From the NCBI GenBank assembly GCA_965649765.1, contig OZ287759.1, positions 48,980,001 through 49,044,000 of the forward strand: a stretch of DNA of 64,000 nucleotides, given 5' to 3'. Made by a program: the position numbers and the translations under genes. Source of the DNA: Bispira polyomma (taxonomy: Eukaryota). This document shows, piece by piece, positions 63,540-64,000 of the stretch. Under the pieces are notes generated by a model that was not told the DNA's origin, did no database searches, and was given only the letters and a program-made list of their open reading frames with translations. Numbering within the stretch: the first letter of the stretch is position 1; each line of letters begins with the position of its first letter.

Positions 63540-64000
63540 CTAATAGAAAATGTAATAATCATCGAGGTTAATAGAACACTATTTGATATAGAACAGTTGT
63601 TTATTACACATACAATCAGGTTCACTAGAAATGAGACTATAATGTCAAACATGATACATGTCATCACACCATCCATCTTGTGTACTAGGAAAAAAATCCT
63701 TGTTCTGTCAAATTATCACTTTGAAGTGTCAAGTTTTTAGCAGCTTCACATGAATCAGTATCAGGGGCTAATATAATAATTCATGGGGGAATGCTGCAAA
63801 AGAAAAAGGCCTGAAATAAATACCCTGCCATAATTTCATTTTGTTTTTATATAATGTATACTACAAACACTACAATTCACATATTTATAACCGTGGTTTT
63901 GTGGAACTACTTCTCTGTACTCTCTATTTACTGCAAATGACAAAAGTATTTTTAAATTTTGGTCAAAAGCCATATGAGCCCCTTCAGTCATTGGCAATTA

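Overview
AT-rich metazoan genomic DNA, probably lophotrochozoan/molluscan (inferred from the SINE/LINE repertoire and gene content). It has spliceosomal introns and dense transposon debris, so the ORF track shows only fragments. Five host genes can be assembled by hand. (1) A two-exon GT61-family glycosyltransferase (+, 11934-13793). (2) An H-type lectin (+, exons 31147-38352) with a 1-bp frameshift; it is invisible in the ORF track. (3) A small, probably lipid-anchored, single-FN3-domain protein (-, 47719-48150). (4) A five-exon secreted acidic protein with a chitin-binding type-2 domain (-, 53073-57544). (5) The 3' part of a laccase-like multicopper oxidase (-, 59570-63539) ending in a transmembrane exon with a GYxxL tail, plus a possible alternative soluble last exon. 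The first 11 kb is a nested transposon stack. The host is an L1/Tx1-type LINE whose ORF1 carries, in frame, a C-terminal IMPACT/YigZ (UPF0029) domain; this is the most unusual item in the window. That LINE is interrupted by a 1.8-kb TIR element and by a second L1/Tx1 copy carrying an ~0.8-kb 3' transduction inside an 11-bp TSD, and it is followed by a decayed DIRS/Ngaro tyrosine-recombinase retrotransposon. The rest contains many L2/CR1 fragments, two more decayed Tx1 ORF2s, a Harbinger remnant (MADF gene plus transposase tail), tRNA-derived SINEs, MITEs and simple repeats. All assignments come from reading motifs by eye; no database search was run.
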